Below, piece by piece: positions 51,451 through 64,000 of a stretch of 64,000 bases of DNA. Made by a program: the position numbers and the translations under genes. Source of the DNA: Octopus vulgaris (taxonomy: Eukaryota); NCBI GenBank assembly GCA_951406725.2, contig OX597817.1, positions 170,872,001 through 170,936,000 of the forward strand. Direction: 5' to 3'. The notes beneath the pieces were generated by a model, which saw only the letters and a list, made by a program, of their open reading frames with translations, did not search any database and had not been told where the DNA came from. How positions within the stretch are numbered: the first letter of the stretch is position 1; every line of letters begins with the position of its first letter.

Positions 51451-53619
51451 ATGTGAGTATTTTATTATATATTAATTAAGTTTTACTTAATTTTTTTAAA
51501 TGCTTTTTTTCAGGTCAATCCTGCTCTGAATGTAAATTTTCAATACAGATGACACTTATTCCTTGTTGAACAACAAAATATAGAATATTAAGATTATTTA
51601 AACATTTTTGTGGCTATATTACTTTGAAATACATTGCTTTTGTTTTAATTAATTTTGAAAAATTTGAAGAATTTACTAAAATAACTTTAACATTACTAAG
51701 CTGGTAGTTAGAACATAAATTAACCTGAAATTTTGCTGAGAGGCTTGAATAGTTTTCTGCATCAGATTTTCCTCCTCATCAGTAAATGCTTTTTTCTAGG
51801 TTCTTGATCTGTTTGTAAATGTTTATTAAAGGCAACGCATGTTCCTTGTTGAATAACCAACTATGGAATATTTAAATAATTTTAACACTTTTGTTACCAT
51901 ATTTCTGTTGAAATTTTGTTTCAATTTTGAAAATAATAAAGGATTTGATGAAATAACTTTAATATAAAACTGGTATTTGGAATATAAATCAATATAAAAT
52001 TTTGATGAAAGTTTTTAATTTAGATAATTCTAAAATATGAATTTTGTATCATAGAACAAGGATGGAAGCAGTTTAAGGTGGTTGGGTATCAAAAGGGTTA
52101 AACATACCAAAAAAATATGTTTCTGGTGGGAGTGGAAGCTATTTACCATGATGGTGCCAGTTCTTTACCATAATGGTGCCATGATGGTCCACATTCTGTA
52201 ATTATGTGCCAAGTGGTGGTGGTGGTAGTGGTGGTGGTAGCAGGAACAATATTGATGGTGGTGGTGGTGGTGGTGGCTAGCTGCAGGTCAACCCGCATTC
52301 GGAAGAACTATGATCAAAGGCATTCCAACCATGACTATCCTATCTTCTTCCTATGTGCCAAGGGAACCCATTCCCTGCCAAAGACCACATTAGCCAACAA
52401 GTTCCTTTTTAAGATATTAAGGTGTGATCTGAGTAAGATTTAGCTGCTATTTCAAGCAAGCCAAACAGCAACATAGAGGCTCCCTCACAAAGTTTATATA
52501 TTGGATATTGAGCATCAAAGTAATTGACCACACTCAATGGTTACAAAAGTACAAAGGGACTGACTCCTTAGATACAGCTAGCCATCACCACAAACTGAAG
52601 ATATTAATGACTCAAGAGCTCTCGTCTCAAATGAAATCCTATTTCATCTTTGTTGTTATTAGAAATGAAACATAAATTCCCTCTTTGTTCTTCACTTAGC
52701 ATTTTCTCTTGCCGACCCTTTCATAATAGGATCAAATTACTATTGACTACTATTACCATTAAAAAAATCATCTGAACAAATATTTGTGGCAATCACTAAA
52801 ATTCTGATGTCAGATATTTTTATAATTATCTTTAAAAGAGACAGAACTTGGTGGAAATTATTTTCTTTAGATTAGATTATCTTTACTCTCACTTCGTTTC
52901 ACTTCACTTGATGTTTAACAGGGTTGATGAACTGTTTCAGCTTGTTCAACATTGATTTCATACAACATTAGCTTTCTTTCAATTCTACTCACCCTAATCA
53001 GCTAACTTTATGGTTTTATAATTGCTTTCTAATTCCTTGGAACAACCAATTTCAAGAAAACTTATTGCTGTCCAGATGTGCTTCTTCAGATTGAAACACT
53101 CCAAGTATTGATGTGAATAACTGGTTCATCTAATTATATTGATATAATATAAGTGATTGCTAATTTAGGCACAAAACCACAAGTGTATGGGATTGGGTAT
53201 TGCTGATTAAATAATTTTCAGTACTTAACCAGTACTTAATTGATCAGCCCTAGAAGAATGAAAAGCAAAGCTGGCCTCAGAAAGATTCAAACGGCCAGTT
53301 TAGAAGCATTTCAGAATGCCATGCCAAGAATCTGTCCCTCATTAGCTTTGTTAGGTCATCAATTTCATGATATTTGTCTCTCCCAATAGCATCTGTGTAG
53401 GTGAGTTGTCTTTGTCCTCTATATGACAAAAGGAATTTCACAATGCAGCAGAATGTAAAAGGACACGAATGAATATTACAAGGAGATTTTCTCCAAACAC
53501 CTTAGTCAAATGTATCATCCACAGCCCTTATGTGATATGTATTGATAATGGAGTGACAAAAATGCCTGGCATTCTTGATTTCTAAGAGACAATCAAGTAA
53601 GCAATAAACTCTCCGGTAT

Positions 53620-53858
53620 CTTTTACTCTTTTACTTGTTTCAGTCATTTGACTGAGGCCATGCTGGAGCACCGCCTTTTAGTTGAGCAAATCGACCCCAG
53701 CACTTATTCTTTATAAGCCGAATACTTATTCTATTGGTCTCTTTTGCCGAAACACTAAGTTACGGGATCATAAACATGCCAGCATCGGTTGTCAGGCGAT
53801 GTTGGAGGGACAAACACAGACACACAAACATGTCACACACACATACATATATATATAT

Positions 53859-53896
<38 letters not shown>

Positions 53897-54489
53897 ATAA
53901 ATATTAGGGAATAAATCCAAATTTACAGGGAAAAAATCAGATTTAGGATTAAATCCAATTTTATAGTAAAATATTATATAATATTAATTCGAGACGAAAC
54001 CACTATTTTGCAAAACAAACAAGGAAAAACTTAATCAATACATAAAAATTTTTTAATATAAAGAAATAAACCGCCACTACAATCGTTTCATGTCTTCAAT
54101 GACATTCGTCAGGTGGATTTTCGATCTAAAATATCAATATATTAAAATATAAGTTTAAAATAATAAAATTATCAATGAAAAATATAAATATATATAATCT
54201 ATATATAATCTATATATAATCTATATATAATCAATATATAATCTAAAATAAACCCTATAAACAATTGAATATAAAGAAACCTATTATTAAAGTTCTCATA
54301 TTTAAAGATGTACAAAAAACAAAAAAAAAACAAAAAACAAAAAACAAAAAAACAAAAAAACAAAAAAACAAAAAATTCTATAGTTCAGAATTTGGTCCTT
54401 CACATCAAAACAATATGACCCCCTTCTTATAATTTAGTCTCTAAGACTAGAATGTTCGATTCTAACCCTTTATTTTATAGTTGAACAGG

Positions 54490-54520
<31 letters not shown>

Positions 54521-54684
54521 CGACGGGCTTCTTTCAGTTTCCGTCTACCAAATCTACTCTCAAGACTTTGGTCAGCCCAAGGCTATAGTAGAAAACACTT
54601 GCCCAAGGTGCCACGCAGTGGGACTGAACCTGGAACCATGTGGTTGGTAAACAAGCTACGTACCACACAGCCACTCCTACACCT
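53620..54684 (-). mobile_element. SINE family A split by an insertion into its (TA)n tract
   Basis: 3' half 53620-53840, 5' half 54520-54684. Confidence 0.85.
54074..54116 (-). ncRNA. Minimal type-I hammerhead (same family as 11003-11046) within element 53890-54375
   Basis: CCAC-CUGACGA-AUGUC(auugaa)GACAU-GAAA-CGAUUG-UA-GUGG. Confidence 0.8.
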
Positions 54685-54982
54685 AAAAGGATAATTATTT
54701 GTATTCCTTACCACAGTTGAATAATGAAATGCTGTCTGAGTCACCATTCATTCTATAGTTCAGAATTTGGTCCTTCACATCAAAACAATATGACCCTCTT
54801 CTTATAATTTAGTCTCTAAGACTAGAATGTTCAATTCTAACCCTTTATTTTATAGTTGAACAGGAAAAATATTTATGGTCTTCTAAAAATTAGTAAACAG
54901 AACTTTAAAAATCAACTGGGATCCTGATATTTGGTTGACTAAAGTGTTTTCTTTAAAAACAAAATAAACCAAGATTAAATAA

Positions 54983-55175
54983 TCATCATCATCATCATCG
55001 TTTAACGTCTGTTTTCCGTGCTAGCATGGGTTGGACGGTTTGACCGGGGTCTGGGAAGCCAGGAGGGTGCACCAGGCTCCAGTCTGATCTGGCAGTGTTT
55101 CTACAGCTGGATGCCCTTCCTAACGCCAACCACTCCGTGAGTGTAGTGGGTGCTTTTTACGTGCCACCGGCACAG
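54983..55175 (-). mobile_element. Repeat family D 3' fragment
   Basis: (CAT)n plus family-D tail. Confidence 0.8.
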
Positions 55176-56327
55176 CAGATGTTTATTAAAAAGGTAAACA
55201 AAATGAAAAGTTTAAAGAGCTGTTGATCACAGTATTTGAGTTTTAACTTCTGTTGTTGTTGTGATTTAACCACAGGCCAGCTTTAATCAAACAGACCTAT
55301 GATGGAAACATTCTAACTATAACAGTCCAATCTTGTTTCCATGCATTACATCTAGGCCTACTTTGTCTAATGTATCCTTCCTTTATTAAGATAGCAAAAT
55401 GTGGTTTAAAAGAAATTTTTGGTATTGTTTCTAGCAGGCTGAGTGAGCAGAAAAAGGTTCCCATTTTGGCTCATGGCTACTGATATTATGCGTAGATGTG
55501 AAATAGTTAAGTAGCATGCAGTATGACACTACCTGTGCATAAGTCTTCTATTTAAATACCTGGCAGGTATTTCACTATGATTCAGTGTCCTACTCTAGTA
55601 GAGATTTTATCTTTCATCTGCTTTACAGCATGAAGTTATTTGTTAAGTGTAACTGACTCTTGAAAGCCTCTTGAAATTCAGGAGACATTTGTGTTTCATC
55701 TAAAAGGGAAGAGTAAATTGAAAAGGCTTGGAATCCTCAAGTCTTATACAGGTAAGCTATTTGGGAAGGTCATAACTGAATAAAAACGGACACATCACCA
55801 CCACCACCACCACCATCATCATCATCTTTTAATGTCCTTTCTCCATGCTGGCATGGGTTGGACAGTTTGACAGGAGCTGGGGAGCTGCCCAGGTTCCATT
55901 TGTCTGTTTTGGCATGGTTTCTATGGCTGGATGCCCTTTCTAATGCCATACATTTAACAGAGTGTCCTGGGTGCTTTTATGACCCAAAAGGATCAAAAGC
56001 AAAGCTGACTTTGACATGATTTTAACTCAGAATACAGGGAGTCAGAACAAATACCACAAGGTATTCTATTCAATACTCTGAACTCAGTCTATTTGCTGTT
56101 TTAATAGGTATTGTGTAAAAGAAAATCTCACTGGTGTAACTGTAGGGGAGATATATGGCTACTCACATTTAGGGGAGAGAGTGAGAATGAATCAGTAGGA
56201 GCTGTGAAGAAAAAGATAGAAGTGATGAAGAGTCCAGGTGGCACCTCCAAATGTGAGGTGAGTAAAAGTAAGTGGAGGCAGAGAAGCTAGGAGTGTGTGT
56301 GTTGGTGAGGGTTTGCAAGAGTGTATG

Positions 56328-56623
56328 TTTGTTCCTTCTCGAGCCATGCCTGGCTCATAAGGAGTGGTTTCCCGGTTTCCATGGCGTATAGGTTCCCCAC
56401 CTGGACAGGACGCCGGTCCGTCGCAGGTGAGCTGATAGATGCAGGAGGAAAGAGTGAGAGAAAGTTGTGGCGAAAGAGTCAGCAGGAGTTCATCATTACC
56501 TTCTGCCGGAGCTGCATGGAGCTTAGGTGTTTAGCTCATAAACACACACATTGCCTGAGATTCGAACCCGTGATCCCGCGATCATGAGTCCACTGCTCTA
56601 ACTACTAGGCCATGTGCTTCCAC
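56328..56623 (-). mobile_element. SINE family C
   Basis: Similar to 1765-2060; GCAAGAGTGTATG / ACAAGAGTGTATG flanks look like a TSD. Confidence 0.88.
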
Positions 56624-57229
56624 AAGAGTGTATGAGGTGAGGGGAGTCAGTATTTCATGAAAACTTTGCTCAAGCCTGAATAAACCTGTGCAAACATTTG
56701 GTCCACTCCGATCTACAGAGACCCTAGATATGATACCTGTTAACAATTACAGCCTCTGAGAATCAAGTACTTTTACTACAGATACATTTAGGCGACAGTG
56801 ATAGTATTTGAACTATAAAGCTTTCAGCTTATAGACTGGTTTATCATCAACTCAGCCAGCTGTTACTCTTTGATCAGAAGACTGTCTAGTTATAAAAGTG
56901 TTACTCATTTAATTCAAATGTAAGTTATATGTGAATGTTATCCTACAGCTACCATCATGGAAAACTAGATGTAAAATCATGAAAGAGAAATATGATTACA
57001 TTCTTATAAGGTATCTTAGATATAAATGGAACCAAAATAGAAGAAGACAAAGTAACGTCTAATGGTGAGTGTTCTAAAATTCCATAGTAGTGAGGAATTC
57101 TCAGGTTGTGGTACTCACATAACATATCCATGCTATCGTGAACTGCCTCTATTGTAATTACTATTACTTGGACATCGCTTACCTCACTTGAATTTACCAT
57201 TCCCTACCATTACATGATCATACTGTTAT

Positions 57230-57610
57230 CTTCATCATCATCATCATCATCATCGTTTAATGTCCGTTTTCCATGCCAGCATGGGTTGGACGGTTTGACC
57301 GGGGTCTGGGAAACCAGGAGGCTGCGCCAGGCTCCAGTCTGATCTGGCAGTGTTTCTACAACTGGATGACCTTCATAACGCCAACCACTCTGTGAGTGTA
57401 GTTGGTGCTTTTTACTTGCCAACGGCACAGGGGCCAGAGGAGGCTAGCAAACAGCCATGATGGTTGGTGCTTTTTACACATCACCGACATGGATGCCAGT
57501 CAGGCAGCACTGGCATCAGCCACGTTCGGATGGTGCTTCTTACATCCCACCGGCATGGGTATCATAACTACAATTTCCATTTGATTTTGATTTTGATTTT
57601 GCTGTTGATG
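57230..57610 (-). mobile_element. Repeat family D
   Basis: Similar to 11146-11620. Confidence 0.8.
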
Positions 57611-57770
57611 TTGACATATTTGACTCAATAGGTCTCCTCAAGAACATCGGGTCACCCTACAATCCAATGTTAGCACGGCAGGCCATCCTGCGAGACATGA
57701 ACTCGCTTCATTTGCCAGGTCTTCGCTATCCACTGCCATCCCAGGCCCATACCATCAAACCTAACTCTAA

Positions 57771-58270
57771 TCTAGCTACTATCCACTACCATCACGCCCA
57801 TACCATCAGTACCTACCTCTAATTTAGATACCATCTACTATAATCTCATATCTATACCACCAGCCCCTACCTCTACTCTAGCTGCTACCTCCTACCTCTA
57901 CTCTCACTACCATCTTTTACCATCTTATACATCTATACCACCACCACGTATCTCTTCTGTAGCAACCATCCACTACCATCACATGAACACAGCACCATCA
58001 TCTAATTCTATTCTAGCTACTATCCACTACCATCACGCCCATACCATCAGTACCTACCTCTAATTTAGATACCATCTACTACAATCTCATATCTATACCA
58101 CCAGCCCCTACCTCTACTCTAGCTACTATCTCCTACCTCTACTCTCACTACCATCTTTTACCATCTTATACATCTATACCACCACCACGTATCTCTTCTG
58201 TAGCAACCATCCACTACCATCACATGAACACAGCACCATCATCTAATTCTATTCTAGCTACCATCCACTA
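57771..58270. repeat. 241-bp tandem duplication of CTAC/ACC-rich sequence
   Basis: TCTAGCTAC.ATCCACTAC recurs at 57771, 58012 and 58253. Confidence 0.9.
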
Positions 58271-58499
58271 CTATTACCTCACTGCATTATTATTTATCTC
58301 TGCTGTGACTACCATCCACTACAATTATGCCATCGTGAATTGCCTCTTCTGTGGCTACTATTCTGCCATAAACAAATGATGAGAAGCAAATAAATCTCAT
58401 TATTTGACTTTTATTACTAAACAATCATTGACTGAACTTTGCTCATAAGACTGATTATCCGAAAATGAAACAGAATAATAATATGTAAGCAAAAAATTT

Positions 58500-58571
58500 A
58501 TAATGATAATAATGATGATAATAATAATAATAATGATAATGATAATAATGATAATAATAATAATAATAATA

Positions 58572-58615
<44 letters not shown>

Positions 58616-58664
58616 AATAATAATGAGAATAATAATAATAATAATAATAGTAATAATAATGATG

Positions 58665-58701
<37 letters not shown>

Positions 58702-58736
58702 TGATAATAATAATAATAATAATAATAGTAATAATG

Positions 58737-58800
<64 letters not shown>

Positions 58801-58823
58801 TAATAATAATAATAATAATAATA

Positions 58824-58859
<36 letters not shown>

Positions 58860-58886
58860 GTAATAATAATGATGATGATAATAATG

Positions 58887-58944
<58 letters not shown>

Positions 58945-59040
58945 TGATGATGATGATTATGGTGATGATAATAATAATGAGAATAATAATAATAATAAAA
59001 ATAATAATGATGATGATGATGATTATGATGATAATAATGA

Positions 59041-59091
<51 letters not shown>

Positions 59092-59141
59092 TGATGATGA
59101 TGATAATAGTAATGATAATAGTAATAATAATAATGATGATA

Positions 59142-59173
<32 letters not shown>

Positions 59174-59217
59174 AATAATAATAATAATAATAATGATGAT
59201 GATGATGATAATAATGA

Positions 59218-59261
<44 letters not shown>

Positions 59262-59337
59262 TTAATAATAATAATAATAATAATGATAATATTAATAATA
59301 ATAATGATGATGATGATTATGATGATAATAATAATGA

Positions 59338-59379
<42 letters not shown>

Positions 59380-59400
59380 TGATGATGATGATAATAATGA

Positions 59401-59482
<82 letters not shown>

Positions 59483-59512
59483 TGATGATGATTATGATGA
59501 TAATAATAATGA

Positions 59513-59554
<42 letters not shown>

Positions 59555-59605
59555 TAATAATAATAATAATAATAATAGTAATAATAATGATGATGATAAT
59601 AATGA

Positions 59606-59668
<63 letters not shown>

Positions 59669-59735
59669 TGATGATGATGATTATGGTGATGATAATAATA
59701 ATGAGAATAATAATAATAATAAAAATAATAATAAT

Positions 59736-59770
<35 letters not shown>

Positions 59771-59791
59771 TGATGATGATGATAATAATGA

Positions 59792-59866
<75 letters not shown>

Positions 59867-59896
59867 TGATGATGATTATGATGATAATAATAATGA

Positions 59897-59947
<51 letters not shown>

Positions 59948-59984
59948 TAATAATAGTTAATAATAATGATGATGATAATAATGA

Positions 59985-60023
<39 letters not shown>

Positions 60024-60839
60024 TATATTCACTGGGTAATCTGTAAAAACCTGGATTTGCCCCATGAAAAAAAAAACTGGTGGGAACACAAACCACCCCC
60101 AGTGCTTGAAAATGACCACATCTCACTCCTCTGGAACTTCACCATTCAAACTGACAGGAAGATAGATGCAAATAGGCCAGACATCATATTGAAAAACTTC
60201 AAACAAAGAACATGCCTCCTCATTGATATGACTGTCCCAATCGATATAAACGTATCTGTCAAGACCTACCAAAAACTGAGCAAATATAAAGATCTTGAAA
60301 TAGAAATCAGCAAAATGTGGAAGCTGAAGACTAAAACAATACCTGTTGTCATAGGTGCCCTGGGAATGATAGCAAAAGGGGCTGATAGCTACCTAACTCA
60401 GATACCAGGAAACCCAAAAATGGCAGAAGTTCAAAAGATAGTGCTCATGGGAACTGCTCATATCCTACGCAAAATACTCTCTATGTAATCTCAAGGTTTA
60501 AAACAAACATAATTTTCGGTTTAAAAAAAAAAAAAAAAAAAAAAAATTTTTTTTTTTTTTAGACATTCATTAGTACAACATCCCCACCCCCAAATATATG
60601 GCACACTAGGCATAACAACAAGATGAACTTCCAACCCTGTTGTCTCTTGAGGTCTCTGGGTGAGACTTGGAGCCAACTTGTACAAATATAAAGCAAAAGT
60701 CAAACATAGAATAATAATAATAATAATAATAATGATGATGATGATGATTATGGTGATGATGACAATAATGAGAATAATAATAATAATAATAATAATAAAA
60801 ATAATAATGATGATGATGATGATTATGATGATAATAATG

Positions 60840-60906
<67 letters not shown>

Positions 60907-60971
60907 TGATGATGATGATAATAGTAATGATAATAGTAATAATAATAATGATGATAATGATGATGATGATG

Positions 60972-61009
<38 letters not shown>

Positions 61010-61030
61010 CAACAACAACAATAACAACAG
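58500..61030. repeat. (AAT)/(GAT) compound trinucleotide array interrupted by a LINE
   Basis: Direct inspection; recurring GATTATGATG, ATGAGAATA sub-motifs. Confidence 0.95.
60021..60710 (+). mobile_element. 5'-truncated R4/Dong-clade LINE (restriction-like endonuclease domain) in (TAA)n
   Basis: IHW.IC, WEHKP..VLEN..LLWNFTIQTDRKI.ANRPDI, IDM.VP, K..KY.DL, IPVVIGALG, LMGTAHILRK; flanked by (TAA)n. Confidence 0.9.
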
Positions 61031-61919
61031 TTCATTAAAATAGTTAGCAATAATTATATATAGAGAAAAAAAAAGTTAAAGATAGTTATCTAATAGTGTG
61101 CTCAATGATTAATGGGAATTATATGATAATCTCCTCTGGCTTAAGAAATCCTTACTCTCCATTTACTCTCCATTTACTCTCCGTTTACTCTCTTCATTAA
61201 GTCTTTTAAGCTGTCATACATAATGGTTAAAATGTTGGATTTCATAACTCTTGATTGTAAGGTCTCACATTGGTTAGTGCTGTCACTTAATTGGCCAGAC
61301 AGAATCTTTGTTGTCATGGATATTGGTAATATTCAATTGAACATATAGCAGGAATATTCGCAAGAGTTCCACACACCAACTCACTGCCTAGAAATTGAGC
61401 CACATCACTGTATTCACATGTATAAATAACAGTAACAGAAACAGGATGCTGTCAAGGATTACTGACGCTTCAAATTACTGACCACTCAAATCAATATACT
61501 CAGCAGATGTTTAATTCATTAAATGTTTTTCTTTGACAGACAGCAGCTATACACTAATATTTTTTTTTTTTCTGCTAACCTCTGCTAGAAATTATCAACA
61601 AATTTAGTATCAAAACTTTGATACTAAATATAGGTCTTTTTATCGTTAAATGTAAGAGAAGCTGTACCCATTAGTTTGCTATAGTACTATAGCAAAAGTA
61701 CGTCCATAAAAGTTCAATCTATATTCAGCAATTTTTTTGTCAATGACTGGCTAAAATCAAGGTTTTAACATTTGTAAAGCTCAAAACTGACATTTGTAAT
61801 GCCTACAAAACTGACAAAACTTATCCACATCTTCAAACACCATTATATGAACACTCATATGCAAAGCGTACCCTTAGTGAAATTCATCCTCTCTCTCTGA
61901 CATATATAACACAAATACG

Positions 61920-62280
61920 GATGTAGCAGATAACAACTAACCTTCAGCCGCTTAGGCCCAGTTGTATCCACAACTCTGATTGGTTGGTTTTGGTGCAGTT
62001 TGTCTCTTGCTTTATTTCGTGCCAATGTGTGACCCAACCAATTGCAGCCTTCTGATAAGGTCCCGTGACATAGTCTTCTAAATTCTCTTCTGGAGTCTCC
62101 TATTTGCTATATAAGCTTCAGCGATTCACCCTATCTCGTCTTTGACTCTCGACCTTCTAAGGTCTAGTCACTGACCACAGAGCGACACAGCCAGTTCCAA
62201 CGACAGCCAGTTCCAGCAACAGACAACACCACTGCAGTATTCAGGACCTCCAACACCATCGCCTTCATCCTGCTAATTTA
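61920..62280 (+). mobile_element. Possible solo LTR
   Basis: Starts TGT, has ATTGG/CCAAT boxes, TATATAAG at ~62108, higher GC than flanks; 3' end not defined. Confidence 0.3.
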
Positions 62281-62479
62281 GGGCATTGGACTATGTATCT
62301 GATAGTTCTTGACTTGTCTAATTGCCTTTTGATGCCATTTTTGGTTACATACCCATTCCAAACTGAATGACTTGGTTCAACAATTCCATTGTGGTGCAGT
62401 TGATTGAATTCTTTTATAAACTGTTTGCCTTGGATACCAAATCTTCAGTGTATAAGAACTAGCTTTATCAATGTCAGCT

Positions 62480-62981
62480 TTAACTCTTTCATTACTGTAT
62501 TTCTGTTGAGATGCTCTGTGTTTCTTTCAATTAATTTTAAATATAACAAAGAATTTAGTAAAATAACTTTGTTATCATTAAGCTATTGTTAGGAACATAA
62601 ATTATGACTAAGGTTTAGTGGAAGATTTTAATTCAAAACTTATGAAAACAAGACATTTGTACTTACAGAGCCAGAAGCAGTTTCAGCTAGGTTAGTATCG
62701 AAAGGGTTAAAAGACAACATTGACTACTGGCATGAGATTCCCATTAAACCCATTAACCCTTTCGTTACCAACCCGGCTGAAACCGGCTCTGGCTCTTTAG
62801 TATAAATGTCTTGTTTTCATAAGTTTTGAATTAAAATCTTCCACTAAACCTTAGTCACAATTTATGTTCCTAACACTAGCTGAATGATAACTAAGTTACT
62901 TTACTAAATTCTTTGTTATATTTAAAGTAACTGAAAGAAACACAGAGCATCTCGAAATAAATACATTAACAAAAGGGTTAA
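62480..62981. mobile_element. Two head-to-head TTAA MITEs (62480-62710 -, 62753-62981 +)
   Basis: Same family as 27419-27898. Confidence 0.85.
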
Positions 62982-63429
62982 AGTCAAAAAGCATTTTTTG
63001 ATGTTTTGATATAAAGTTTCTGTTGATGACATAACCGATTCTTCATCAACTCTGCAGTTTGATATTTTGTCCAAAATTCCATCGTAGATGAGCAGCATTT
63101 ATGTCTTTGTTCAGTTTTTGTATCAACATGTTTTTTAGTTTTTTTTTGTGATTTTTTTTTATCTAAAAAAGATATGAGCTTTTATTTATGATGCATTCTT
63201 CAATATAAGACTGGGTGGATCCATTATTGATCATAGCAATTAGTGTAGGTTCTCCAATAGTTATTTCTTTTATCATCCAATTAGATTCTCCATTAACGAA
63301 CAATATAAGTTTGGTAAATACTTTTCAGTCTTACTTGACTGTAAAATGGATGCCATATTTTTTTCGAACAGTTTCTCATGAAAAATAATTTTATTCATAC
63401 TAGATTTTTGTTAGAGCTATCCTCTTTTC

Positions 63430-63930
63430 TCTGATTCAGGAATGTCTTCAAAAATGTCCCTTTAAATGACAAACATCAACATTCAATTAATTGTTCAGGA
63501 CAGCTAATATACAGATGAGAGAAATTTCCACAGAGATAACACGTCTTTATTTGGTGAGGAAAATTTTAGGATTTTATTTTTGTGTTTTGCTTGAATGAAT
63601 ATTAAAGGTTTTCAATTAAATATTCATTTTTCAGAGAGATTATCATCAAACACAGTTTCAGGCAACAGAGTGTTTTTGAAACAACAGCCTCAAGATCAAT
63701 ATCTGTCAGTGCCAAAATAACAGCCTCAAGGTCAAGATCTGTCTTTGCCAATAATTTTTCATGAATTTCCTCATTAGCAATTCTGGAAACAGAATTATCT
63801 ACTGTTATATCATGCTGCAAAGCAGTGACATTTTGCACCAACAACTTTAAGCTTGATGTTTTAATACCTTTAGAAAACATTTCTATGTTTCTCCATTGCA
63901 TTGTTGAGCTGTAAGTATATAACACAGTTG
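63430..63930 (-). pseudogene. Possible decayed Gypsy gag remnant
   Basis: EEIHEKLLAKTDLDLE.. and downstream VCHLKGHF (zinc-knuckle-like); stops and frameshifts. Confidence 0.35.
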
Positions 63931-64000
63931 CTTGAAGGCAACATCTAAAATGTCAAGAACTTGTTGATAAGCTTGACAACTTTGAATACAGTGAAATTTA

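Noticed and set aside
56955-57200. 81-aa minus-strand ORF in unique sequence
   Set aside because: No recognisable motif or convincing splice sites; cannot be supported.
58498-60126. Poly-Ile/Asn/Leu ORFs
   Set aside because: Translations of (AAT)/(GAT) repeats.

Overview
AT-rich animal genomic DNA, intronic or intergenic. The SINE families and microsatellite load suggest an octopod cephalopod (inference). I see no convincing intact host gene, and nearly all long ORFs in the track are translated microsatellites. The window is a layered transposon graveyard: three tRNA-headed SINE families (one with a Deu/Nin-like core), a (TGA)n-tailed repeat family, a decayed hAT transposase, several mariner remnants, Helitrons, TTAA (piggyBac-like) and hAT MITEs, and RTE, CR1 and R4/Dong LINE fragments. 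The most striking signal is a set of at least seven unrelated repeat families that each carry a minimal type-I hammerhead-ribozyme (HHR) motif; most occur as head-to-head fold-backs and several sit inside (TA)n tracts. They include a 6.3-kb palindrome with 3056-bp arms built from a Penelope-like GIY-YIG element, a 358-bp tandem retrozyme-like unit, a tRNA-headed HHR element, and families with non-canonical cores (G3-C8 swap, U3). Also present are a 5S-rRNA-headed SINE-like chimera, a CCA-ending tRNA-Gly fused to a SINE body, and ~100-bp templated flank duplications next to the HHR elements. All structures were read by eye; ribozyme activity is not demonstrated and most repeat boundaries are approximate.
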